This document shows, in pieces, positions 37,489-46,371 of a DNA stretch of 64,000 nucleotides; position 1 is the stretch's first letter, and every line of letters starts with the position of its first letter. Under the pieces are notes generated by a model. That model was not told the origin of the DNA, made no database searches, and was given only the letters and a program-made list of their open reading frames with translations. This DNA is from Bdellovibrionota bacterium FG-1 (GTDB lineage: Bacteria > Bdellovibrionota > UBA1018), in contig JBBCAW010000053.1 of the NCBI GenBank assembly GCA_051382295.1, positions 16,593 through 80,592 on the forward strand, written 5' to 3'. The translations under genes and the position numbers were made by a program.

Positions 37489-38817
37489 TTAAACTGCGGC
37501 TTCCAGTTTTTTAAACGTGGCTTCAAACAAAGAAAGGGCATGATCCACCTCTTTACGGGAGATGTTCAACACGGGACGAAGCCGAACGCTGCGTTCGCCG
37601 CAGACCAACACCAAAAGGCCCAAATCCCAGGCCATTCTTCGGTAATCGTTGCGCTCTTTTTCAGTTGGGAGATCAAAGGCGATCAAAAGACCCCGCCCGC
37701 GAATATTGGTCATGCGCGGGAATTTTAAAGCCAACTTTTTGAGCGACTCCAAAATATAATCACCTTGAATTTGCGCATTTTCGAGAAGCTTTTCTTCTTC
37801 GATGATTTTCAAAAACTGATTTGAGCGAACCATATCAGTAAGGTTGCCACCAAACGTCGAGTTAATTCGACTCGAAACCTTAAAGACAGAATCCACATCA
37901 TCAATTCTTGCGCTGGCGGCAATCCCGCCGACCTGAACTTTTTTGCCAAAACACACGATGTCAGGTTTGACACCAAAATGCTCCCAGCACCAAAACTTGC
38001 CCGTCAGGCCTACTCCGGTTTGCACCTCGTCAAAAATCAACAAGGCTTCACGCTCATCCGCAATCTTGCGCAGCTCGGCTAAAAACTCACCCCTAAAATG
38101 ATTATCTCCGCCTTCAGATTGAATCGGCTCAATCAAGATGGCTGCGATATCATCTGGATTACGGTCAAAAGCTTGATGGATTTGGGCGAGAGCCTTTTTT
38201 TCTCGAGCCTCGACGTCCTTCAAGGCTGCAGCGTCCACGGGAAAATGCAGCATGGGATTGGTGATCCGAGGCCAAGTAAACTTTGGAAAATACATGGTTT
38301 TTTTGGGATCATGGGTATTTGTGACCGAAAGCGTATAGCCCGATCGCCCGTGAAAGGCCTGTTCGAAGTGAAGGATCTGATAGCCCTTTTCACCCTTCCC
38401 CGCGGCAAGATTTTTGCGAACCTTCCAGTCAAAAGCCGTTTTCATCGCGTTTTCAACGGCTAGCGCACCGCCTTCTACGAAGAAATAATGGGTAAAATGC
38501 CCGCGATTCGAAAGCCGTGCAAAGCGGTCCACAAATTCAGCATATTCTGGGGTATAGACGTCCGCCAAAACGGGTTTGACCTTGGCAATCCGGTCAAGGG
38601 TCCGGGTAAAATCAGGATCTTTCATTCGAGGATGATTAAAGCCGATCGGATTGCTGGCAAAAAAGCTGAAAAAATCGAAAAACTTTCGATCATGAGCTGC
38701 ATCATGAAGATAAGAACCCTCGCTTTTTTCGAAATCCACGACAATCGGAAAGCCATCCACCAGAATATGCTTTTTTAAGATGTCCATGGTGTTTGACGCC
38801 GTGTACTTCGTTTCCAT
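37489..38817 (-). CDS. lat: L-lysine 6-transaminase
   Basis: HILVDG, FFVEGGALAVENAMKTAFDWK, AFHGRSGYTLS.TNT, FPKF.WPRI, EGGDNHFR, FGKK.Q, SSRINSTFGGNL. Confidence 0.9.
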   Translation of the reverse strand: METKYTASNTMDILKKHILVDGFPIVVDFEKSEGSYLHDAAHDRKFFDFFSFFASNPIGFNHPRMKDPDFTRTLDRIAKVKPVLADVYTPEYAEFVDRFARLSNRGHFTHYFFVEGGALAVENAMKTAFDWKVRKNLAAGKGEKGYQILHFEQAFHGRSGYTLSVTNTHDPKKTMYFPKFTWPRITNPMLHFPVDAAALKDVEAREKKALAQIHQAFDRNPDDIAAILIEPIQSEGGDNHFRGEFLAELRKIADEREALLIFDEVQTGVGLTGKFWCWEHFGVKPDIVCFGKKVQVGGIAASARIDDVDSVFKVSSRINSTFGGNLTDMVRSNQFLKIIEEEKLLENAQIQGDYILESLKKLALKFPRMTNIRGRGLLIAFDLPTEKERNDYRRMAWDLGLLVLVCGERSVRLRPVLNISRKEVDHALSLFEATFKKLEAAV

Positions 38818-38914
38818 AGGGAACCTCTCTTTTTTTGACCGAAGTTAACCACTTCAGCCTTTATTCTGCAACGCCTGTCATTATAAGGTGACCACAATCA
38901 TATCGGGGGAAAAA

Positions 38915-40456
38915 ATGGAAATCAAAGGACTTCAAGACACTCTTCGCGCGCTCGAGATTCAAAACACGAACCCAGGGGTTTGCGACGGCGAAAGCTGGTT
39001 TGGCTCGGGTTCAGAGATTGAGGTTCGAAGCCCAATCAACGGCCAGGTCATTGCCCACGTCAAACAAGGCACTCCCGCCGATTATGAAAAAGTCATGGCC
39101 GCTTCGTTGCGCGCCTTCAAAACCTGGCGTGAAGTCCCCGCCCCCAAACGTGGAGAAGTCGTCCGTCAGCTCGGCGATGCGCTCCGCGCATTAAAAGAGC
39201 CGCTGGGCAGGCTCGTCTCGATTGAAATGGGCAAAATCTACCAAGAAGGTCTAGGCGAAGTTCAGGAAATGATCGACATCTGCGACATGGCGTGCGGCCA
39301 ATCGCGCATGCTTCATGGAGTTCAAACCCATAGCGAAAGACCTCGCCATCGAATGTACGAGCAATGGCATCCGATTGGGGTAGTCGGAATTATTTCAGCC
39401 TTTAACTTTCCGGTCGCAGTCTGGAGTTGGAATGCGACGATCGCCCTGATTGCTGGCGACACCTGTGTTTGGAAACCCGCCAGCACCACCCCTCTGACCG
39501 CGATTGCTTGTCAAAAAATCATCCAAAAAGTGCTTCGAAACAATGGAGTGGATCCGGCCGTAGCGACACTCATTACAGGCAAGGGAAGCGAAGTCGGTGA
39601 ACTCTTTAACCAAGATCACCGTATGCCGCTGGTGAGCTATACGGGTTCGACTCGTCTGGGCAAGCACATCGGCAAAGTAGTCGGCGAGCGCCTTGGTCGC
39701 ACCATTCTCGAACTCGGGGGCAACAACGCGATCATCATCACCAAGAACGCCGACTTGGCCCTCGCCACGGGCAGTGTGTTCTTTGGTGCGATCGGTACGG
39801 CCGGCCAACGCTGCACGAGCACCCGCCGCGTGATTGTTGAAGAGTCGGTTTACAATGATTTTCGAGATCGCCTCAACCGCGCCTACGATCGCATCACGAT
39901 TGGAAGCTCACTGGACGAAAAGAACCTCATGGGCCCCCTGGCTGAAAAATCCTCGGTCGAAGCCTTTTTTACCTCGATCGAACAGGTCAAAAAACAAGGC
40001 GGAACTTTCTTGCGCCAAGGCGAACGTCTGAGTGGCCCGGGTTACGAAGGCGGCTGCTATGTGCGGCCAGCGATCGCCGAGGTCAACGGCAATCTTGCGA
40101 TTGTCCAAGAAGAAACCTTCGCTCCGCTTTTGTATCTGATGAAATACAGTGGCGCGCTCGAAAACGCGATTGCACTTCAGAATGAAGTCCCTCAGGGATT
40201 GAGTTCCGCGATCTTCACCAATGATATGCGCGAATCTGAGCTCTTTTTGAGCAGCGTGGGAAGCGACTGTGGCATTGCCAACGTGAATGTGGGCACGAGC
40301 GGCGCTGAAATCGGCCTCGCCTTTGGGGGCGAAAAGGAAACCGGCGGCGGCCGCGAAAGCGGTTCAGACGCCTGGAAAACTTATATGCGCCGTCAGACCA
40401 ACACCGTCAATTGGAGTGGCAAGACGATTTTAGCGCAGGGAGTGAAGTTCGAGTAA
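38915..40456 (+). CDS. pcd: ALDH7-family piperideine-6-carboxylate/alpha-aminoadipate semialdehyde dehydrogenase
   Basis: EGLGEVQEMIDICD, ISAFNFPVAVWSWN, LELGGNNA, GTAGQRCT, SDCGIANVN, GGGRESGSDAWK.YMRRQT. Divergent from lat. Confidence 0.88.
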   Translation: MEIKGLQDTLRALEIQNTNPGVCDGESWFGSGSEIEVRSPINGQVIAHVKQGTPADYEKVMAASLRAFKTWREVPAPKRGEVVRQLGDALRALKEPLGRLVSIEMGKIYQEGLGEVQEMIDICDMACGQSRMLHGVQTHSERPRHRMYEQWHPIGVVGIISAFNFPVAVWSWNATIALIAGDTCVWKPASTTPLTAIACQKIIQKVLRNNGVDPAVATLITGKGSEVGELFNQDHRMPLVSYTGSTRLGKHIGKVVGERLGRTILELGGNNAIIITKNADLALATGSVFFGAIGTAGQRCTSTRRVIVEESVYNDFRDRLNRAYDRITIGSSLDEKNLMGPLAEKSSVEAFFTSIEQVKKQGGTFLRQGERLSGPGYEGGCYVRPAIAEVNGNLAIVQEETFAPLLYLMKYSGALENAIALQNEVPQGLSSAIFTNDMRESELFLSSVGSDCGIANVNVGTSGAEIGLAFGGEKETGGGRESGSDAWKTYMRRQTNTVNWSGKTILAQGVKFE

Positions 40457-40458
40457 CC

Positions 40459-42045
40459 TCACCGCTTCGCGGGCGACTGATGCGGCCACGCCCCAGGTTC
40501 ACCCTTGCCGCCAGCCTTGAATGTTTCGTCGATTCGCGACAATGCGTTCTCAACCCAGGTATTGCCATGACACTGCGTACAGGCGTCAAACATGGCGTCG
40601 CGACGAGCATCCGCGCCTTCTCTTTGCGCAGGCTTTTTGCCCGACTGCCAAGAAAGTCGGGAAGTCACATCATGCGTGTGCTTATTCGAAGGCGTCGACG
40701 CCATATGACAGGTGACACAACCCGGAGTTTTGACTAAATCGCGATCACTAGGATCGCGATAAACGGCACCGTGAGCTGAATGCTTCCACGCATCCGCGCT
40801 TCCATCGCTGTCGTGACAAGACATACAGACTTCAGGCCGTCTCGCCGACGCCGCTGAAAAATTATGTCGCGCATGACAGATGGTGCAGGAACCCACACCC
40901 CCGTCGGGATAAGTGCGACCGATTCCGGGCAAGGGCCAGGTTTTAGGATCGGGCTTGCCGCCCTCGACCTTGATCTCGCGCCCCGCGATGGCCATTCCGT
41001 GCGAAGTTTTAGCCATCTCAGCGACGGCGTCTTTATGACACTTTTCGCAGACTTTCGGGCTGACGATCATCGAAATTTGCGCGTCGTGATGACCGTAACC
41101 ACCGGGCGTGCCCTTAGCGACACCATGACAGGTGAGGCAATTCACGCCAATCTGCGCATGTAAAGACTCTTGCCAGCCTTTAACGATCTCGGGTGAACCC
41201 TTGGTATGGCACTCAACACACTCTTGGGCATCTTTCGCGATGCCGGGAGGAGCACTGAAATTAAAGGTCCCCTCTCTTAAAAGCTTGGCCCAGCGGCTCC
41301 CGTGCGGATTGTGACAGCCGGAACACTCACTGTGGAGCAGGCTTTTATGATTTGGAACCTCTCCCGGCCGGTTGATGGTGATATTTTTAACCAGATGCCC
41401 ATCAGCGGCCTTTTGTTCCTTATCATGACACTTCAAGCAAAGCTCCGGCTGCTGAAGTTTGAGCAAATGCTCATGCTCCGAACTATGTTGATCATGGCAG
41501 CCCAGGCAGGAATCCTTTTCCATGACGACTTTGTAATGAGAAGACTTGTCGACAAGCTCATTTTGAATGTCTTGATGACAACGTAAGCAACAATCTGGAG
41601 CGCGTTTGTCGTTCAATAAAGCCTTATGGGATGACGAATGCGGATTATGGCAGGCGACGCAAGAACGATCCGTAATGGGCTTATGCACGGATTGCCGATG
41701 AGCGACGGCGCTATCAAGCTTATCTTTGACGTCATCGTGACAGACCAAACAGACTTCATTGATGCCCCTATTCGACAAGGCAATCACGCGGGGATGTTTA
41801 GGATGCCCGGTCACCGCCCGCCCCTGAGCACCCGTTTTGTGACAGACCTCGCAGCCCTTGGATCCCACCGCTGACCTTACCGGACCGTGAATGACCTTTT
41901 GTTTTCGAAAGTCCGAATGGCACTGAGAAGTTGAACAAGTGATGCCTTCCGCGAAAGCCACTTGCGGGATAGGGGAGTTCAAGAACAAACCCACTAAGCC
42001 ACCCAAAAAAATCCTCGAACTCAAATTTTTATGCCGATGAATCAT
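40459..42045 (-). CDS. 15-heme cytochrome c: paired-CxxCH N-domain fused to an HAO-family heme scaffold
   Basis: Signal peptide; 1 CX4CH + 14 CxxCH. The C-half has VSPK.C..CH, WP..GIGR..PDG..GSC..CH.RH.FS and THDV..RLSW. Confidence 0.85.
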   Translation of the reverse strand: MIHRHKNLSSRIFLGGLVGLFLNSPIPQVAFAEGITCSTSQCHSDFRKQKVIHGPVRSAVGSKGCEVCHKTGAQGRAVTGHPKHPRVIALSNRGINEVCLVCHDDVKDKLDSAVAHRQSVHKPITDRSCVACHNPHSSSHKALLNDKRAPDCCLRCHQDIQNELVDKSSHYKVVMEKDSCLGCHDQHSSEHEHLLKLQQPELCLKCHDKEQKAADGHLVKNITINRPGEVPNHKSLLHSECSGCHNPHGSRWAKLLREGTFNFSAPPGIAKDAQECVECHTKGSPEIVKGWQESLHAQIGVNCLTCHGVAKGTPGGYGHHDAQISMIVSPKVCEKCHKDAVAEMAKTSHGMAIAGREIKVEGGKPDPKTWPLPGIGRTYPDGGVGSCTICHARHNFSAASARRPEVCMSCHDSDGSADAWKHSAHGAVYRDPSDRDLVKTPGCVTCHMASTPSNKHTHDVTSRLSWQSGKKPAQREGADARRDAMFDACTQCHGNTWVENALSRIDETFKAGGKGEPGAWPHQSPAKR

Positions 42046-42142
42046 AAAGACCCAACCCCGTTTAATGATCAAGTTAACAAAGCCTGTCTCAATAATTGTA
42101 CCCGAGAAGACCGACCATGCACCGCAAATCTTCCATCAAAAC

Positions 42143-42180
42143 AAAAAGAAAAAGGCCGTGATTCCAGCGGAACCACGGCC
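42143..42180 (-). terminator. Rho-independent terminator after the mtrB-like gene
   Basis: GGCCGTGGTTCC-GCT-GGAATCACGGCC followed by TTTTTCTTTTT on minus strand. Confidence 0.85.
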
Positions 42181-42212
42181 TCGTCCTACATTATTTTTAA
42201 GCGCCTAAAAAC

Positions 42213-44399
42213 TTACAGCCGATAGGATGCCGACAGATAGTACATCTGAGCGGTGTAATTAAGGTCAGCCCCCGCGCCAGTCAGCAAGCCAGGGCTGGCT
42301 GCCGTACTGATCGCTGGCCGGTCCGTGTAACCATCCCAAGCATCATCAGAATAAGTGAGCTGATCAAACCCAAAGCCCACCGTCGCACTCAACTTCGTGT
42401 TCACGCGGTAAGTGCCGTGAATATCCGCAAGGGAATGCCGTGCACCCTCTAGGTTGTTCAGATCCCAGAGAGGGACACCGTTGGCAGGCTGGCCCGCATT
42501 AAAGGCCATGCTACCACTCGATACGTTTTGGCTCCATGAAGCAACCAAATCAAGCTGCTCCAACACCGGCACTACGACATTAAAACCATAACCCCAAGTG
42601 AGGTTATTGGTGTTTTCATCGAAGTTAAACGCATAGTTGCCAGCCGTCGTGCTGTTGGTTGGATCGACCGGAGGAGTACTTGGATCCTTCGGAGTAATCG
42701 ATCCACTTATGTAACGACGAGTGGTATTATAGAGGGTCCCTTCGGCGTCAGCAAACGCATTAAAACGAATTTTCTTGATAGTGTAACCGACGTCGAAGAA
42801 CACTTCGTTGGTTTGGTCCCATTTTCGTCCAAGAGTAGTGGCAGTGTACTTATTGCTCCGCCAGCCATAATCCACTCCAAAATCAAGATCAGGCACCAAA
42901 TCACTGAAGCTCAGTCCCGTCTCCAACTTCCACATGGTTTTGTCAGCCACATCAAAGGGACGGGCATAAGCACCGAAAGGAACATCTGGAGCCAAAGCTC
43001 CACCTTCGAAATCGGAGGCGCGAGCCAAATAGTCCATTTTGGCTTTGAAACCCAGCCAATCAAGAGTGTTGTTCGTCACCTTCGCGAAATAATGGTTGTC
43101 ATTCGTCGTCAACGCATCAGCGCGGTCACGATGCACCAGAAGGTGATTATATCCGCCCCGAAGTTTCGTACTGAAAGGCAGACGATAGCCTGCTTCTAAT
43201 CCTGCATCCGCCTTACGGTAACTAAAGGTCTCGGTTTGATACCACGTTGCCGTCGACGCCCCTGCCGCAGTCACAACAGTTTTGTTGTAATTGAAGGTGT
43301 CCGAGTCATTGCGCTTGTCGAGATAATCAAAAAACAAGCGCGTATCGAGATCGGAGATGGGTCTCGAAGTGAGACTCGTATCAAACGAGCTGTAGCCGAT
43401 CTTTCCATTAAAGGAATTGCCTGCGGCACTCCAGGTGGTTACACCAGAGGTAGCATAGGAAAGAGGCTGTACTTGCGGATCAATGGTATCCGAAAGCCAG
43501 GCCATCCCACCGCGCAAACCGAAACTCGAATTGAGAGGTAGCTCGCCGATGGCAGCCTGTAATCCGACACGGTTATAGATACTCGTCGGAGCAATGGTAA
43601 CAACGTCAGCCCCATTATTAGCGACAGTAGCCGAGGTCGCAATCACAGGATCCATGAAGCTCATATACTGATTATCCGTACTGAAGCTACTCAAATCATA
43701 CCGAAGGGACACTGCGATATTGTCCTGACGGAAGGCAAGATCAGCATACACCATCGTGGTTTTTGCATCCACGGGCGCAGGCAACTCGAACCCTTGGCCT
43801 TGTGCGACACCGATCGGACGCAAACCGGTGCGGGACTCTTGATTCACCCCAAAATCCAAAAAGAAGGGACTCAGCATATTCACTGAGAAATCGCCCCCGA
43901 ACTTTTTGCGTGTAATCGTGTAATCAAACCCATTGGTCCAACCACCCAACGTGCGCCAAGGCTCACTGCCTGCGGTGGTGTCATAGGTCAGATTATTTGT
44001 TCCAACCCCAGCATAGAAGGTCGAAGCATTAAACGACAAATTATGAATAATCTGATCAAAATAAAGTTTGTATTTGAAGGCGTTGTATTTACCTCCATCC
44101 ACAACGTACTTTTGATCTTTTCGAGCGACATCACTCAGCAAGAGACCCGTGTAATACCCGTCTCCCACCGCGCGAACATCCCCATTGAGTACTGGACCCG
44201 TGGTCCAATCCCGATACTCATTGAATTTGGCGCTTTGATGGCTGTTATTGACCCAGATAAAACCGAGATCAGCGCCTCCCGTCAAATCAAAAGACCCTAA
44301 CTTAAATCCTTGGTCTTCTGCGATAGCCGCTGCTGAGAGAAAAACACACCCCAACACGACACTCCAGTAACTGACCTTAATGGCTTTTTGTAATTTCAT
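42213..44399 (-). CDS. mtrB: MtrB/PioB-family outer-membrane beta-barrel
   Basis: Signal peptide, SAKFNEYRD, ELPAPVD..T, about 730 aa of aromatic beta-strands ending YYLSASYRL; directly follows a decaheme gene. Confidence 0.88.
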   Translation of the reverse strand: MKLQKAIKVSYWSVVLGCVFLSAAAIAEDQGFKLGSFDLTGGADLGFIWVNNSHQSAKFNEYRDWTTGPVLNGDVRAVGDGYYTGLLLSDVARKDQKYVVDGGKYNAFKYKLYFDQIIHNLSFNASTFYAGVGTNNLTYDTTAGSEPWRTLGGWTNGFDYTITRKKFGGDFSVNMLSPFFLDFGVNQESRTGLRPIGVAQGQGFELPAPVDAKTTMVYADLAFRQDNIAVSLRYDLSSFSTDNQYMSFMDPVIATSATVANNGADVVTIAPTSIYNRVGLQAAIGELPLNSSFGLRGGMAWLSDTIDPQVQPLSYATSGVTTWSAAGNSFNGKIGYSSFDTSLTSRPISDLDTRLFFDYLDKRNDSDTFNYNKTVVTAAGASTATWYQTETFSYRKADAGLEAGYRLPFSTKLRGGYNHLLVHRDRADALTTNDNHYFAKVTNNTLDWLGFKAKMDYLARASDFEGGALAPDVPFGAYARPFDVADKTMWKLETGLSFSDLVPDLDFGVDYGWRSNKYTATTLGRKWDQTNEVFFDVGYTIKKIRFNAFADAEGTLYNTTRRYISGSITPKDPSTPPVDPTNSTTAGNYAFNFDENTNNLTWGYGFNVVVPVLEQLDLVASWSQNVSSGSMAFNAGQPANGVPLWDLNNLEGARHSLADIHGTYRVNTKLSATVGFGFDQLTYSDDAWDGYTDRPAISTAASPGLLTGAGADLNYTAQMYYLSASYRL

Positions 44400-44417
44400 G
44401 TTTGTTTCCTCATTCAC

Positions 44418-45353
44418 TTAGCGGCCAAACACGGGGCCAAGCGAAGTAATCGTATTAGATCCATGGATATTGCCATGGCAATTCAAACAGCTACGGCCCC
44501 AAAGCCGTGGACTAGACTTCCATATCGCATTTGCAGTGGGACCGCCAAATCCGGCATGACCATCAAATGGGTTGGTTGGGTGACCTTTCGCAGTTGCATG
44601 ACAATCTTGACAGAGGCTAGGAGCCCTGCGAACCAAGAGCTTTTCATGCTGACTGCCGTGAGACTTATGGCAGTTCATGCAATTTTCTTCCACTGGGGGG
44701 TGTTCAAAAATGAAAGGTCCACGCTTGTCGGCATGGCACTTATAGCAAAGCTGATTGATGTTATCGGCCTTGAGATTACCGTGGCCCAGCGTTCCATGAG
44801 GATTGTGGCAATCAGCGCAGGTGACCTTACCTTCGATGATCGGATGATGTGAGAATTTTTTGACGTCCGACTGAACATCCTTATGACAAGCAAAGCAGGT
44901 TTCTGCCTTAGGCTTGATCGAGGCCTGTCCATCGTGCATCTTGTGACAGTTCGCGCACGAAACATCGTTGCGACTATGAATTCCTTGCTTCCAATACATC
45001 AAGGATCCCGTCTGAGTGGAGTGACAGGTCAAGCATTGCTTGGCCAGCATCTGGGCATCCTGCTTGGTTCCTTTATTGAAGCTGATAATCGAACTCGCTT
45101 CACGATCCTTCATGTGCTTATCGCCAGGACCATGACAGGTCTCGCAGCTAAAGGACCCTTCTTTGGTTTCCCATGCTTTTGAGTGGGGATTGCCAACGAA
45201 AAAGCTGTTTACCGCTTTCTCATGGCACTCCTTACAGCGATTAACGGAGCCTTTGTCAACGCCTGCGACGCTGACGCCCCCTCCTAACCATCCTATTGAA
45301 CTGGCAAGTAATGTTGCCAGAATCAGCCTTCTAACGTGTTGTGTTTTTTTCAT
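44418..45353 (-). CDS. mtrA: MtrA/DmsE-family periplasmic decaheme cytochrome c
   Basis: 10 CxxCH; CETCHGPG..H, SHHPI.EGKV.C.DCHNPHG, CHADKRGPFIFEHPPVEENC, C.NCH..IHGSN. Confidence 0.92.
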   Translation of the reverse strand: MKKTQHVRRLILATLLASSIGWLGGGVSVAGVDKGSVNRCKECHEKAVNSFFVGNPHSKAWETKEGSFSCETCHGPGDKHMKDREASSIISFNKGTKQDAQMLAKQCLTCHSTQTGSLMYWKQGIHSRNDVSCANCHKMHDGQASIKPKAETCFACHKDVQSDVKKFSHHPIIEGKVTCADCHNPHGTLGHGNLKADNINQLCYKCHADKRGPFIFEHPPVEENCMNCHKSHGSQHEKLLVRRAPSLCQDCHATAKGHPTNPFDGHAGFGGPTANAIWKSSPRLWGRSCLNCHGNIHGSNTITSLGPVFGR

Positions 45354-45771
45354 AAAATGTCGGTTTCTCCGGGTAAAAAGCCGAAAACTCTGCTTTCTAA
45401 ATTCACGTTTCCAGAGGTTTAACTTTAGAAACGTTCAATCATTTAAAAATCCTAACTATTGATATCACGATAAGCCGGTTGGCCTTTTTCGCAACAGCAA
45501 AGACGCTCTGACATTAATTTTTTTTTATTCTCCTTTTTTTGGAGAACAAAAAGCGACAGAACAACCCAACTTTTAACGAGCGTGGGACATTTTTTCCAAT
45601 ACATATTTCAGATGCACGTTTAACAGGCAAGGTATTGACACCAAGCAATACTGTTTAAACGCTGAAAAATACAAAACCAACCTCCACCGGGTCAGTGGAA
45701 TTATTTTGGAATGGTTATTGATAGTAATGCTCGCAGCTTTCCATTTTTTGTTTATGATAGAAAAAGTCCCG

Positions 45772-45787
45772 TGGAGTTCATTTTGCA
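45772..45787 (+). promoter_or_regulatory. Possible sigma54 promoter of the monoheme cytochrome
   Basis: TGGAGT-TCATT-TTGCA (GG-N10-GC, degenerate -24). Confidence 0.3.
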
Positions 45788-45848
45788 CACTTCAAGGGAT
45801 TGCATTTCACTATTACAATTACATTCCCCTTAAGGAGGACTTGAAATC

Positions 45849-46214
45849 ATGAAGAGAAGTTTGTTACTCGCGTTTACAGGTATCATCGTCGGAAGCTGGC
45901 TCAGCCACGCTGCCCATGCCGAGTTTAAGCCCGCTGACTTCTACGCCGAAAAGTGCGCTAAATGTCACGGCAAGGAAGGCAAAGGGGATGGACGCTCCGC
46001 GAAGAAGCTCAACAAAACCCCTACTGACTTTGCTGATGGCAAGGCCTTTACCGAAAAGAAGGGTCTCGACATGAGCCCCGAAGACCGCATGATTAAGGCA
46101 ATCAAAGAGGGCGGTCCCGCTGTCAAGCAGGGCAAGGAAATGGATAAGTTTGACGATCTTAAGCCCGAAGAAGTAAAAGCTCTCGTCGAATACCTGAAGA
46201 CTTTTAAAAAGTAA
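45849..46214 (+). CDS. Periplasmic class I monoheme cytochrome c
   Basis: AAGGAGG RBS, signal peptide AHA, CAKCHG.EGKGDG, distal Met, ALVEYLKTF. Confidence 0.92.
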   Translation: MKRSLLLAFTGIIVGSWLSHAAHAEFKPADFYAEKCAKCHGKEGKGDGRSAKKLNKTPTDFADGKAFTEKKGLDMSPEDRMIKAIKEGGPAVKQGKEMDKFDDLKPEEVKALVEYLKTFKK

Positions 46215-46228
46215 TTCTTTCAACTTGG

Positions 46229-46263
46229 CCCGGCACGAAATTTTCGTGTCGGGTTTTTTTTTT
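46229..46263 (+). terminator. Rho-independent terminator
   Basis: CCCGGCACGAA...TTCGTGTCGGG followed by T10. Confidence 0.9.
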
Positions 46264-46371
46264 GGCTTCACTTAATCTATTGCAAAGACTCCGGCTTGTG
46301 ATTACCTTTTGTTTCGCGCTTTCCTCACCTCTTTCAATGCAAGATTAGCCATCAAAAGCGGGGAACAAAGA

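Noticed and set aside
45354..45848. GEMM (c-di-GMP/cGAMP) riboswitch expected upstream of mtrA by analogy to Geobacter
   Set aside because: No GGCAAA...GAAA...GACGCAAA core was found on either strand by eye; an Infernal scan would be decisive.
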